NCBI RefSeq assembly: GCF_018977255.1
Contig: NW_024704743.1
Span: 3,784,001 to 3,848,000, forward strand
Source: Callorhinchus milii
Taxonomy: Eukaryota
Direction of reading: 5' to 3'
Length of the DNA: 64,000 bases
Every line of letters begins with the position of its first letter. Position 1 is the stretch's first letter. Below the pieces are notes generated by a model. The model had not been told where the DNA came from. It did not search any database and saw nothing but the letters and a program-made list of their open reading frames with translations. The position numbers were made by a program, and so were the translations under genes. Below, piece after piece: positions 25,131 through 38,372 of the stretch.

Positions 25131-26399
25131 TAACCAGATGTAGAAAGTGCTTTGCCAATGAACTTCAGTTAAAAAAAAAGTCCAGATCTAGTAAATCTTT
25201 CACAGGGACACCGGTAGACTTAGTGTGACTGCCATTACCAGGTTGTTTAACGTTCACTCAGATTTGTGTGGAGTTTGCCATCTGACCTGTATGGGTTTTA
25301 TATTGAGATAGTTTTTGTGAGGTCAGGCCATTATCTCACTTCTAATGTGGACTGGAAGGAGCATTCACTGTTAATTTATTATCTGCCTGAGAATTACTCA
25401 CTGTGGTCTGCGGAGCAGTCTTTTACCTGATCTGGCCCATTTGTTCAGCACTTAATAAATGGCAGAGCCAGGGTCAAGGAGGTGCTGTGATTGATTACGG
25501 AGAATAGTTTCCCAGAGCAGCAAGATATGTCTCAGGACACGAGGAAGAATTAACCCTAAGTATGGCTGAGGGAAGCCACTTCTGTGTGTGTTAAACCGGC
25601 CTTGGCATCGCATCTCGGTCAGCTGCCTTCTGAATCAGTTTTCGGGGGATCTGAAGAACCGTCAGCGGCGTAAGAGAATGTCAAACGTTATCATAGAATC
25701 ATAGAAATTTACAGCGCAGAAGGAAGCCATTCAGCCCGTAAAGTCTGCACCAGCTCTCAGAGCAAGGTGGTCATTCAATAGTACTGCCCTACCTTATCCC
25801 TATACTCCTTCATGCCCTGACACCTCCCTACCTCTCCGACCTGCTTACTCCCCAACCCACTATCCGCTGCCTCCTCTTGACTCTCTTCCTCTATCCCTCC
25901 GCCTTGCCCCTTCCTTCAGCTCGCGCCCGGAGACCTTCCTATTCGCCCGTGCCTACGGTCACCTACTCTCCACCCCCCACCCCCCCGCCCGCCCCCCCCA
26001 GCTCAGCAACAACAGCTGTTGTTCTATCTGTTCATATAGGTTAGTTCCTTCTGTGTTGACCAAGGGTGCACTTCCAATGGAAACATCTGATCCTTCCCTT
26101 TTTGTAGGTCAAAAGAGGTGGATGATAACCCATGGGGTGAAAATTGTGATGTGATGTGATGATTAGAACAACCGAGAAACTTGGTCAATGTTTGATGTGA
26201 CACCTCACCTCTGCTTTGCTGCAATTACTAGGTCCAGAGCAGCCTGAAGTTCACCATCAATAGTGTTCCCAGCCATAAGTAACCATAGGTGTGGTTGAGA
26301 GGTAGGTATCTAGGTGAGATTTATAATAATAATCCTTGCATTCGACATAGCGCCTTGTCAAGTCTTCAAGACATCTCAAAGCGCTTCACAGAATATTCT

Positions 26400-27010
26400 T
26401 AGAGACAGGGAGTTTTTAAGAGGTTAGCGATGTTGTGGCAGAAAGTTTGGCCTTCAGTGGTGGCTGGAACTGTTGTGGGTGTACAATGATATACCATATT
26501 AGCTGAGTGAAGTCACCAAAAGAGGACTAGGGTACGATATGATCCGAAATAGGGAGGTGCTATGGTTGAAGGGATTTATAGACGAGGGTGAGGATCTGGA
26601 AGTGGAACCTCTGGGAACCAGGGAGTCAGCGGAGAATTGGGGTGCCGCGAAATTTGATGTAGGTGACTGGCGGTGGAGTTCTGGATTAGCTGGATCTTGT
26701 GAATGGTGGATACCTGGGAAGATCGTCAAGAAGTCGTTGGTAGGAAGTTAATGAAGCCTGTACACAGAGGGAATTATACGTATCTTTTAGTTATGCAATT
26801 AAGCAACAACAATTTAATGAGTCCCTCTGACTCACTCGCTCCCTGAACTCGTTAAAGGACCGACTCAAGACTTATGTCTTTGACCGGACTTTCGGTCGTC
26901 TTTTCCCTCCTTCTCCCCCTCAATTCCCACGCCCGGCTCAGGTGCCAAGACAGGATTGTTGAGCACTTTGGGAGATGAAAGGCATGCTATAAATGTGCAT
27001 TTGTATTGTA
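26400..27010. mobile_element. Old L2 fragments (minus 26400-26760, plus 26820-27010)
   Basis: CTCAAGACTTATGTCTTTGACC and tail GAAAGGCATGCTATAAATGTGC. Confidence 0.6.
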
Positions 27011-27499
27011 TATGTTTCGCGTTAGTTATTCATTTCACAAATAATTTACATATCACGACTGTGTTCGAACATGGTTTACACTTGGTTGGCATATTGTGCA
27101 CAATAGGCCTCATCAACGACAGCTTTCAACGTATTATAATTCTTTTCAGCTCTCTTCAATTTAGGTCACGAAATTCAAGAGCCATCTGTGGATTGCATCA
27201 CAATCACAGTCAGTAAGAATAGTGACTATTTTGTGACATGTTTTTAAAGGAAATTTCCATTAAATACCAAACAGTGCAAGATCTCTACTTTTATGGCCAT
27301 CACATTAGCACTCCCCTCACTACCCCCTCCGCCCCAGTTACTACACCACCTGAAACCTCACCAATTTATTAATACACCCTTCAAAATATAACGTATGTGT
27401 CATTAGATTGATAAAAAGGACACATAAGTGTATGTAATCCAATAGTACAGGATGTAAAACTGAGAGTACAATGAATAATGGACTAGGTATCAGACGTGA

Positions 27500-27715
27500 A
27501 AGAGAAGGGAGTTTCTCCTAGTGTCCTGGCCAACAATCCCCCAAATAAAATTAATTTCATGGCTGTTTGTGGGACGTTGCTAGGCTCGTAATTACCCACA
27601 AAATCACACAGTCACTACACTTTACAGTATATCCTGTGAAACCCCGTGGTGCGTCCTCCTGACCTGAAAGGTGCTATACCAAATGTAAGGATGCTATTAT
27701 TATTATCATCATCAT
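27500..27715 (+). mobile_element. Family A SINE 3' part
   Basis: GGGAGTTTCTCCTAGTGTCCTGGCCAACAATCCC through to the tail. Confidence 0.82.
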
Positions 27716-28067
27716 CAATCATGCTTGTTTTTTTAAGTGCTCTGGGATGTGCCCAGCATATATGGCGCTATATAAATCCAAGTTGTTGTTGTTGTTTCAA
27801 ACTCAGGATTACTTAGTGCAAAGGCACTCAGTAAATCGGCGATTTCCCTTGTTGTCTTGAACGGTTATTTTACCCAATGAATTTTAATGAATTTTAAAAT
27901 CGAAGGTTTACTCAACATCTGTGGATTAACTGAGTGTGAGTCAGAAGCCGCTAACAATGGGAACCTCATTAATACTTCCCAGAACTTGATTATGTATTAT
28001 AAAAAGTTGTGCAAAACTTTTCACTTCATCCCCTCTCCACCTCCCCCCCACCCCTCCCCTCCTTCTT

Positions 28068-28450
28068 AGAGTCTGGTAGTGTAGTTGTTCGATCACTCGC
28101 CTCGCAAGCGAGAGGACCTGAGTTTGATTCCCGAGTTGGGCAAAAGGTGAGGCAAGTTTCTTTAAGCCACACGCCTCTGTTTACCAAACAGTAAGTATGA
28201 ACCCGGTTATTAGTCAATTGGCAGATTGCTTTTCCGGGGGTAATAATCCCTTAAAAAAAAAATAATAATAATTTGGTCACTCAATCCACGACTGTTTGTG
28301 GGGACGCTGCTGTGCGCAATTGGCTGCCGCGTTTCGCCCATAAAATATACAGTCAATTCACTTTAAAGTATATTCTGTGAAGCGCTTTGAGACGTCTCAA
28401 CGACGTGATAAAGCGCCGTATCAAATACGAGGATTATTATTATTATATTA
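28068..28450 (+). mobile_element. Family B SINE, full length
   Basis: Head, CORE-like block, 3' half, tail. Confidence 0.92.
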
Positions 28451-28848
28451 TCAAACGTGGAAGGTAACCGCATGCTAAGTCTAATACAAACTGGAGTGCT
28501 GTACATTGCACCGACATTTGCGCGTACAAGCTCAAACATCATTTCTACGCCATTTGTTTGGGTAGAATTAGAACAAGCTAGAGGTTCGCTCAGTGGCAGT
28601 GCGTTCATCGCGAATCCCAATTTGTCCGGAAAAAAAGCTAAGAAACATTCAAATGGATTTGCTGGGAAATAATGACTAGAAGCCACAAGAAATCACGCCA
28701 GCACTCCCTAGGCTTAACAACGTTCCTTCCCCTGAAAATATGAATAATTTGAACCTTCCCGTTTATTGCTTACCCTTGAAATAAGAAGCACTTCCTTTTT
28801 GCTGAGATTATAATTGTGCTCTCTACAGGATAACAGGTTCGGCATCAA

Positions 28849-29030
28849 AGAACCATAGATAGTTACTGTGCAGAAGGAGGCCATTCGGCCCTTCGAACCT
28901 GCACTGGCTCTCAGAGCAAGCTGGACTTTCAATCTCACTGCTCTGCTCTTTCCCCATACTCTTATATTCTCTATCCTTAATATACCATCTGCTTCCCGGG
29001 ACGCACAAAGCAATGAGACCAGTGTTGAAC
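28849..29030 (-). mobile_element. CR1 LINE 3' UTR
   Basis: CAGAAGGAGGCCATTCGGCCCTTCGAACC. Confidence 0.8.
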
Positions 29031-29182
29031 CCAATTATTAAAACCTTCATGGACACCTGGCTGGTTACACTGACCCCACTGAAGAAAAAACTAAATGATA
29101 TTAGTAGATGACTTATGACTTCAGGATCAATTGAAATGTCTTTTTGCAGGATTGCAACTCTGCAATCTGATGTGGAATATCA

Positions 29183-29760
29183 ATATCAACCTCTTGGTGA
29201 CATCATCCGCGGACTTGGGATCAACTTCCACATGTATGCGGATGACACCCAACTCTATCTCTTTGCCTCCACCCAGGACGACTGCTGTCCTGACAGACTG
29301 CCTGTCAGACATCAAGTCCTGGATGAGAGCCAACTTTCTAGAGTTGAGTGTCAATAAGACCGAGGCTCTCCCGTTTGGCCTCTGTCAGCGCCTCCGCACC
29401 TCAGGCACTGGCAGCATCACCGTCCATGGATGAACTCGACACCTCACCAAGTTAGTCAGCAACCTTGGTGACTGGCTTGATCCTCAACTGTCCTTTCTCC
29501 CCCACATCCATGTCATGACCCACTCTGCCTTCCCCCACCTTCGCAACATTGTCTGACTCCGCCACTGCCTCCCCCCCCCCCCCACCCCCGGCCACCGAAA
29601 CCCTCATTCACGCATTCATCACATCTAGGCTCAACAACGCCAACTCCTTGCTTGTCGGCCTTCCCAACTTTTCCCTCCACCAGCTGCAGATCATCCAGAA
29701 CTCTGCAGCTCGTGTCCTCTCCCGCACCAGGCTCTGTGACCCCATCAAACCCACCCTCAG
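29183..29760 (+). pseudogene. L2 LINE ORF2 reverse transcriptase fragment, frameshifted
   Basis: PLGDIIRGLGINFHMYADDTQLY, CLSDIKSWMRANFL...NKTE, ETLIHAFITSRL...NSLLVGLP...LQIIQNSAARVL. Confidence 0.95.
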
Positions 29761-30811
29761 TGCTTCATTCTGCTATTGAAGAATGCTTAAATTCATCTGA
29801 ACACACGTAGTTCCTTAAGACATTGAGTTTATAACTGGTGTAGGAGGAATATGATTTCAAAGCACCATTTTTTTTCCCCTATTAGTCAACTATTGAATTG
29901 AACTGAATTTTTATATGAAATCATTTGGTTGCCAAGCACAATTAAAGCAATCTTTTCTGTCTCTCCACCGTCAGGTAGCGATGAATGATGCCTTAACCTT
30001 GGGAATAAATGATGAAGGAAAACACTGCATGAAACGTGGGTTTTCAGAGTGTAGCTGTCGTCAATTATAATTGAACAACCGGTGTAAACTACCAAACGGC
30101 CCGCCCCATCGAACAAGTCCTTTAAACTAAAAAAAAACCCTAAAGGCGGTTGCATAAATTTGTCTTATTCCCCCAAAATTTAGATCCAGTTTTTTTGTCA
30201 GCACTAAACACGTGAATCGGTTCTGACCTTTCTTTGCCTTTCATTCTGACCTTCTGATGAACATTTGTAATAAAGCCAGAGAATCAATCAGTTTCCATCG
30301 AGGCAACGGACCTCTGATTAAGCTCATTTTTATTAATGGCACGAATTGAATGACAAGCGAAGGAATCCGAGACTTGTGCCAGTCTCGGATTTATTGCGCG
30401 CACAAAATGTCGCTCTTCTGTGAAAAAAAAACAGCGGAACAAACAAACAGGCTTCAGCACTGTTAAAATCGGGTCGGGAAATAAATTTGCAGCTTTAAAA
30501 ATTAATTTGGATGGCAGCGTCTAAAGGGAGTTGGGACTGTGAAGATTAGGAGGACTCCTGTAGTTATAATTGCATCCTCAGTTCATCTGGCTCGCTGTCA
30601 TTCAAGAGCCTCTCAGCTGCATTAACAGCTCTACACATAATCTAATTCTTAGATCAAATTCCCATCTCCAATATACCCTTTAATAAAGCTTCCATTCCCC
30701 GTCTTTTTACCCTTAATTATTGTATCCCGTGTCCCCCTGATGACTGAATTAAAAGGTATTGGCTGCAATTAAACCAAGGCACAGCTATTGCTTCCGCAAA
30801 TCCGTACTCAC

Positions 30812-30885
30812 CTTGTGAAAAGGACGCCTGGCCTCCAGTAACAAGATTTTCCACCCTGATAGCAGCCGCTGGCAGATAAAGGATT
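30812..30885 (-). other. Candidate 74-nt exon
   Basis: gtattttcag|...CACAAG|gtgagt; strong donor, short pyrimidine tract, all three frames open. Confidence 0.25.
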
Positions 30886-32029
30886 CTGAAAATACACATT
30901 TTTATAATCTAATATTGATTTTGCTTTCCTTCCTTTTAGCATTCGAGGGCAATGCAATGATGCATTGGACAAGCTTCTGTAGCAAATGCCACAGGCTGCC
31001 TGAGAACCAAGTGTTTACTGGATTAATCTCTTGCATTTTATAGATTAAGAACAACCGGTGTAGGTAAAATCTGTGAAGGAGATAGAGGAATCTGCACTTC
31101 TAAGATACCAGAGAGAGAGAAAAAAAAGCCTTGTCCTTACCCCAACAGTGAATGTGACAGGCACTGACAAAAACACCTTGTAGACTACCGGGATAACATA
31201 ACACTGATACTGCTTCGGGGTTTTTTTTCCGCTCAAAAATAACCCGAAGGCTAACTCGTGGTCCACTTTGCTTCCATTGTTTAAAAACAAGGTGCCAGAA
31301 TACCAGGCTATACCCGGTGTTCATCTGCAAATACACAGTCACTACACTTTACCGTAAATCTTGTAAAGCGCTTTGAGACATCCTCCTGACACAAAAGATG
31401 CTAAATCAAATCTAAGGATTATTCTTATTATTGTGTAATAGGTCCGCGGTTACATCTTTGATCAACACCAACGGCAACGTGGGCAAATATCTTTATAAAA
31501 TCAACCTTAGTGGAGTTGTCGATGGGTAAGAGCACTCTGCAGTTGCAAAATAATCTGTGTGGATAAGGAAGGCCCACTCTTGGTGGCTAATCGAGTTAAC
31601 CGATCCTAAGTAGGAGGGGAGGAAAGGAGAGAATATTGGATCCTATTGATTGTTGCAACAGAGAAATCCTTGAAGACACTGCAGCGTTGCACAAACAGCA
31701 GTGGCTTAGTAAGTGATGGCAAACTTTATTTGTTTGTGTATTGGAGATTGAGTTTCATTTGAATGGCACTTTGATCACCAACATGCCTCGACCCGAACCA
31801 CAGAAATATACCCACTTGAGCCATTTATTATGGCAATTCTCGGTGAGACTGAATTTAGTGCCTAATAAATTGGCTGCATGCAAATTGGCATGTTTGCCAC
31901 ATGATATACAGTCACGTGACTTTACATTATATCCTGTGAAGTGCTTTGAGAAGTCCTTGTGGCATAAAATCTATATCAAATGTAAAGATTATTATTGTTA
32001 TTATTATTTATATTAAGTAAAAACCTGTT

Positions 32030-32451
32030 CACTCGAATTCAAGATCCTCAACCTCACTTACAAGGCCATTCACGGCCTTGCTCCCTCCTACCTCTCCGAC
32101 CTACTATCCCCCTACTTACCTGCCTGTACCCTCCGTTCCTCTGGCTCCGGTCTGCTCCACGTCCCCCGCCCCAACCGCCCTACCATCGGTGGCCTTCAGC
32201 TTCTCAGTCCCTCAGCTCTGGAACTCCATCCCCCAGTGCCTTCGCCGCCTCCTCCCTTTCCTCCTTCAAGGCCGGTCTCAAGACCTTTCTCTTCGACCGT
32301 GCCTTCAGCTCCCCTCTCGACTCTCTACCCCCTCCTCGCTCCCTCCCTTCCCTCCCCTCACCCTGACCATTTCCCCCCTGTTCGGGTCCCGACCCAACTG
32401 TCCCGACGTGAAAGGCGCTCTATAAATGTAATCTTGTTGTTGTTGTTGTTT
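32030..32451 (+). mobile_element. L2 LINE 3' end, relatively young
   Basis: RIxFKILxLTYKAIHGLAPSYLSDL-type C-terminus, FKAGLKTFLF, tail CGACGTGAAAGGCGCTCTATAAATGTAATC(TTG)n. Confidence 0.92.
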
Positions 32452-32488
32452 GTGCCAAATTCTAGAGAGTTTGGGGGTGAAAAAAAAT

Positions 32489-32690
32489 GATAGAATCATA
32501 GAATCTTACACCCCAGAAGGAGGCCATTCAGCCCATCTTGCCTGTGTAAGCTCTTTGAAAGAGCTACCCAACTAATCCCACTCCCCCATTCTTTCCCCAT
32601 AGGCATGCAAATGTTTCCTTTTCGAGTATATATTCCGATTCTCTTTGGAAAGCTTTTATTGAATGGTGGTGCATTCCAGTGCATTCCATT
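32489..32690 (-). mobile_element. CR1 LINE 3' end
   Basis: ATAGAATCATAGAATC tail; AGAAGGAGGCCATTCAGCCC. Confidence 0.88.
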
Positions 32691-32824
32691 CCATTAGATC
32701 TAGGTTATTATTAATAACAATAATGATGATCCTTTTATTTTATATAGCCACTTATCACGTTGTCAAAACATCTCAAAGGGCTTCACATGATTTACTACAG
32801 AGCTTAGTAGACTGCTAGGTGAAG

Positions 32825-33145
32825 GTTGGATTAATGATCTGCTCTGACTTAGCTGATCAGCACGGATAATGGTAGAGGCACAGCAACTGGTTTCAATGTC
32901 TCCGGACTATGAAAGGGGGAAAAAACAAGCTGAGAATTAGAGGAGGAGGGTGGACGTCTAGTCAGAACAGACTGCATAGCCACCCCCGCATCGACATAGC
33001 TAATAGCAGTGACTGGTTAGGCTCACACATGAAGAATGACCACGCGGGCTGGATAGCTGGATAGCCTCTGGCACCCGTGGAAATGTACCTCAGCATAATT
33101 CATCATCTTCAACAGTGGAGGAGTGAGGACGAAGGACAAAATAGG
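32825..33145 (+). repeat. Ancient interspersed repeat, unclassified
   Basis: CTGGTTAGGCTCACACATGAAGAATGACCAC resembles the reverse complement of 44460-44510. Confidence 0.55.
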
Positions 33146-33511
33146 CCATCAAATCCAAACCCAAGTGCCTCAACTGAACAAAATGTGGGGATTGGGTGAA
33201 TTACCCAAATATATTACTTTGGGTTCAAAATCGGTCCTGAATCTCATTCATCATGAAATGCTTGAAATATGACATGAAATATGACTCCAGCAACTGTCCA
33301 AGTTCTGATATTTGTGCCGTTTATTTTCTTTTCACCGCAAACCTATTATAAAATAACTTCAGGATGTTTTGTTTGTCCGGTCATGAGGAAAGTAGATTCT
33401 ATCCCATGACTGACAAGGTTATGAGGTGTCATTTAGGTCAATTTCCATCCTGATAGGGCTCTTTATATTGTACGCACTGAAGACTTCACATCTTCCTATT
33501 TTTCTTAACAA

Positions 33512-33680
33512 CATAGAACGTAAGAATTTTGCGAGATGAAAGAAGACCAAGGTCCACCCAGTTCGCCTTCCACCATCCTGGCAGTCGCTTCCACATGTCA
33601 TGCCCCAAACTATATACTGTACCCCACGATATTATTTCCTGAAATAAATCTATCTAATTTGCTATTGAAAGCCTTTTTAT
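33512..33680 (-). mobile_element. CR1 3' end, same family as 39700-41470
   Basis: GCCTTCCACCATCCTGGCAGTCG is the reverse complement of the 3' UTR at about 41425-41447. Confidence 0.88.
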
Positions 33681-33779
33681 GCTGAGGTCTTTTCAAGTGA
33701 CACAAAGTTTCTGTCTTAGTGTGTTGTCAGAGGAAGAGAAGATAAAAGGTCCATCATCCACAAGTCCTTGGGAATAATA

Positions 33780-33980
33780 ATAATCATCATCATTATCGTC
33801 GTAATAATCCTTGCATTTGGTGTAGCACCTTTCACGTTAGGAGGACACCACCCAAAAGTGCTTCACAGGATTTTACTGTGTAGTGCAGTGACCGTGTATT
33901 TGTAGGCTAACATGGCAGCCCAATTGCGCACAGCAATGTCCCACAAACCGCCAATCGAATGGCCAATCTTGTTTTGGGGA
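33780..33980 (-). mobile_element. SINE 3' half
   Basis: TAATCCTTGCATTTGG...GCAATGTCCCACAAAC. Confidence 0.8.
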
Positions 33981-34536
33981 TTGTCCGTGTGTTTTTTTGG
34001 GACATTTTAACTTTTAAGCGAGTTTGCCACAAGACGCCTGAGCTCGTAAAATTTAAGGAACCACAAGAAACGGCCAGACACATTTTAGAGCCAGCCAAAG
34101 ACGCGCATATTGATTAGCCGTTCGCCTATTTGAGGAAAGGTAACTAGTTTGACGTATACTGCTAAACCTGACTCCAGCTGTTAGCAAATAACTCTCTACT
34201 CCATCCTGTCCCCTGCTGACCTGAGGAATGAACTGCAGCAATCTGCGTGTGTCGGTTTACCTGGTATAACAGATTTGCTTAAAATGTCGAAAGACACAAA
34301 GAAAAAACAAGCAGGAGGAATAATTTCTGGCTTGCAAGCATGAAACTGCGTGTTGGTTGGCTGCCCTAGTAACAGGATTTCACGATAAAACAAGAATATC
34401 TTCACCAGCGATGGCATTTGAAAACAACGAGGAGAAGATAGTCGAGAGCCTGCATTGTGCGAGCCACTGCGACTGAGACAGAGAAAGGTTACTCTTTTTA
34501 TTTCTATAAGAATTGCGGGTGCACAACTTAGAAGCT

Positions 34537-34965
34537 GTCAGCCTGGCCCCCGTTGGAAGAATTCTCAGCCTCAGTCGGAGTGCTGTGGGTTCAAGCCCTC
34601 TACGCTGGCACTTTGAGCTCGTAGTTTAGGCTGAAGAAACCTGTGCGGTGTTTGCTTGGAGTGTACTGCATTGTTGGAGGTGCCGTTCTTCGGATGAGAC
34701 AGTAAACCAAGACCCCAAGTGCCTAATTAGGGTTCCGTGGCCCGATCCTCCATAAGAGAAGGGAGTCTTATTTAAAGGCCGATAAAACCCCGGATAAACT
34801 TGGTCACTCCCTTCATGGCTGTTTGTGTGACATTTGTTGTGTGCAAATTGGCTGCTGTGTTTGTCTACAAAATACGCAGTCACTACATTTCATAGGGTAT
34901 CCTGTGAAATACGTTGAGATGTCCTCCTAAAGCTGCATTGAAAGCGAGGGGTATTATGATTTATT
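34537..34965 (+). mobile_element. Family A SINE, full length
   Basis: Head, GGAGGTGCCGTTCTTCGGATGAGAC, tail. Confidence 0.85.
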
Positions 34966-35367
34966 AAGTGTGGTTTCAAGCCCATAATAATGGTATGGAC
35001 TAGTCCATATTTGCATGATAGCAGCACTTTTAATAATCAAAACTATTTTCTTGCATCGTTACATTGCAAGTACTCAGCCACTGTTGTCACTTAAGATTTG
35101 ATGACTGATGCTAAGATGACAACAGATGTAAAAAGTCTGACATTTGCTGGTGAATTATCTGGTCATCATTTGTACGGTATGTCGACGTTTGATTGCTGAC
35201 AGTGACGATTGCCTCTCCTGGGAAAATCAAGCTTTTCCGCATAGTCCGTTTTTAGTTTAGAGCGTTCACTAATCTTCAATCCTCGCCAAGTTCCACTGAC
35301 TCTCCATCTCCCAGCAGATTGAACTTCAAGATCCTCACTCCCTCTCCACCTATAAATCCCTCCCTAT

Positions 35368-35665
35368 AATAATAATAAAAATAATAACCCTTGTATTTAA
35401 TATAGCGCCTTATCAAGCCATCGAGACGTCTCAAAGCGCTTCACTGGACATACCATAAAGTCGATTGACTGTGTATTTTGTGGGTAAAAAATGGCAGCCT
35501 GTTTGTATACAGGAATGTCCCACAATCAGCCACAGTGACCACTTGTATTTTGGGGGTTTATTGGCCAGCGCACCAGGAGAAACTCCTTTCTCTTTTCGAA
35601 TAGTGCCCTGGGATCTTTAATGTCCACCTGAACTGACAGACGGGACCTTGGTTTAAAATCTCACC
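35368..35665 (-). mobile_element. Family A SINE 3' two-thirds
   Basis: CGAATAGTGCCCTGGGATCTTTAATGTCCACCTGAAC. Confidence 0.85.
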
Positions 35666-35736
35666 CCTTTCTCCACTCACACCCTCCTGCTCATCCCCTC
35701 CACCTCAGAGCCTTCAGTCACTCTACGTCTACCCAT

Positions 35737-36093
35737 GGAGTCCTGTAGCTCAGTGGTTAGAGCACTCGTCTCGCAAGCAAGAGACAGGGGTTCGATTTCC
35801 GGCCAGGGCGAAACGTTGGGCAAGTTTGCTTACTTCGCAGTAAGTAGGAACCCGGTTGTTAATCGATTACCCCTGCTTTCCCGGGGGTAATAATTCCTTC
35901 AAAAAAAGAAATAATAATAATAAATTGGTCACTTCAATCCACGACTGTTTGTGGGACGCTGCCGTGCGCAATTGGCTGCCGCGTTTCGCCCACAAAATAT
36001 AGTCAATTCACTTTACAGCATATTCCGTGAAGCGCTTGAAGACGTCTCGAAGACGTGACAAGGCGCTATGTCAAATGCAAGAAATATTGTTAT
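35737..36093 (+). mobile_element. Family B SINE
   Basis: GGAGTCCTGTAGCTCAGTGGTTAGAGC head; partial deletion of the CORE-like block. Confidence 0.93.
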
Positions 36094-37409
36094 ATATGCA
36101 CACTTACAGCAATGAGAGAATGGAAGAAGGTTCGTAACAATTCTAAAAATAAACTTGTAGGTAAGATGTCAAGTCCCATTGAGCATAAATGAATTCATGG
36201 TTATGTTATTGTTTGACTCTGGGATTTCATGGCCAGGAAATTTAGTTTTCCATTGCATTCTAATCCCTGTGTCCTTCAACACAGCACTGAGGGCACTTGC
36301 ACGGAGCTATTCCTCTACGCCCTGAAAATGGAGATGGACAAATGAACGACATTGATGACGACCTTAAGCAATCCTGAATGTTGTTCAAAAAAAAAATCTG
36401 TTTCTTTCCGTAGGTGAAGCTATTTTTACAAATGTAGCACTCAGAGAGACATGAGAGTGAGGACTGGCCTGGGTGAAAAAGAAAACTAATTTGTAGAGGA
36501 ACCATAGATGGACCTCTCTAACCCACCGATGACCTGCCTGGCATCTATGATGCAAACATTGAAGCCCCTTATTGTTGTGGTAGCAAGACTGACAAGCCTC
36601 GACAAAGAACTGAAACAGTGCCTCAAAGTTGTGCTATGTGGACTCGACCATGCGAAATATGTCTCGGTAATAGGGGGCACACGTTGTTGACAAGCTGAGT
36701 ACCACAATAAAGGTTTGCATCGGTGAACATAATACTGTGCTTTGTCCCTTTACAGGGGAAATTATTGGAGGGCTGAAAGAACAACACTCTCAACATAATA
36801 CGCACAGACACCAGCCTTACAAAGACGCAGGTACCAGCCCAGTAAGACCCAGTATGAGCAGTTAGATACACACTGAGGATCAGCAAAATACAGGCCTCTA
36901 CAGGGCTTTTACGAATGGCGTCTCATAGAACGTTGGATCAAACAAGTAAATAATAATAATAACAAGCCTATCCACTTGATATAGCGCCTTTCACATGAGG
37001 ACAGCTGAAAATACTTCACAGGATGTAACTCAATGAGTAATAACTGTGTATTTTGTTGGTGGAGTGATTTGTACTTTGTGTTTGTACTTTTTATGAAGTA
37101 CAAAGGAGGGTTTCCTTGATGCAGGTTTTCCTGGACAGCAGTTTTGTTGAGTTAAGGGCTACACCACAGAACCATAGAAACCTATAATACTACTATAGAA
37201 AGACATTTGACCCTATGCGTTGTGATTGGTGTCGGCTCCTCCAATGAAGCCATCTATCGGAACCTCAATTCCCTGCTCTTTTCCACGGACTCATTGATGT
37301 TCTTCCTCCACACATGCTATTTGTCTTTCAAATGCCCCAATTGACACCAACATGTTAATTGGTTGCCGTAGAGAAAGATGCAGCTATAGATATCTCATGT
37401 AGGTCATCG

Positions 37410-38372
37410 TAATACTTGCATTTAGCCTAAAGCCTTATCACATTGTCAAAGTGCTTCACAGGATTTTTGGTGGTGTGCAGTGACAATATATTTGCAGGCA
37501 AGTGTAGTTTTGGCAGGCAATTTGCACACAGCAATGCCTCACAATCAGCCATCAAATCGTGAAGTGAGTGATCAATTTTATCTGGGAGATTCTTCGCCAG
37601 GACATTGTGAGAAATCTGGCCTACAGTTTCCCGTATGCAATTGGTTATTTAGTTTTTGGTCTCCTTATTTAAGGAAGGATGTACTTGCCTTGGAGGGGGT
37701 GCAGCGTAGATTTACTGGGTTAGTACCAGGGATGAAGGGGATAAGTTACAAGGAGAGGCTGACCAATTTGGGCCTATATTCTCTAGAATATAGAAGAATT
37801 AGAAACCTATAAGATCATCAAAGGGCATGATAGAGTAGATAGTGGGAGATTGTTTCCCCTGGTTGGAGAAGCTAAAACCAGGGGTCACAACCTTAAAATC
37901 AGAGGTCAGCCCTTTCGCACTGAGTTGTGAATGTATGGAACTTACTACCCCAAAGGGCTGTTGACGCTCAGTCCTTGAACATATTCAAGACTGAGATAGA
38001 TAGATTTCTTATTGCAAAAGGGATTAAGGGATATGGGGATAAGGCAGGGCCAGGTTATTAGCTGGAGTTAGATTAGAAGATCAGCCATGATTGAATGGCG
38101 GGCTAGGCTCGAAGGGCCGAATGGCTTACTCCTGCTCCTACATGTTATGTTATGTTATTTTCTTTCGAATAGTGCCATGGAATCTTTAACAACCACCTGA
38201 ATGGGCAGATGGGACCTGGATTGAACTCTGATCAAAATGATGGCACCTCTGACAATGAGGCTCTCCCCCAGCATTGCTTTGGCATGTCAGCCTCGAATAT
38301 ATGAGCTCAAAGTCTTGACGTGAGGCTTGAATCTGCAACCTTCTGACGCAAGCGAAAGTGTTACCAACTCAT
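37410..38372 (-). mobile_element. Family A SINE split by a CR1 insertion
   Basis: 3' half at 37410-37615; Deu block and head resume at 38158-38372. Confidence 0.8.
37645..38158 (+). pseudogene. CR1 LINE 3' fragment (end of ORF2 plus 3' UTR)
   Basis: FWSPYLRKDVLALEGVQRRFT...SYKERL...LGLYSLE; GAAGGGCCGAATGG and (ATGTT)n tail. Confidence 0.95.

Noticed and set aside
35081..35125. CTGTTGTCA...TGACAACAG hairpin as a pre-miRNA
   Set aside because: It is only 45 nt, the stem does not extend, and I recognise no mature miRNA.
36508..36690. 60-aa ORF MDLSNPPMTC... with a nearby donor-like site
   Set aside because: Weak splice signals and no recognisable homology; consistent with chance.
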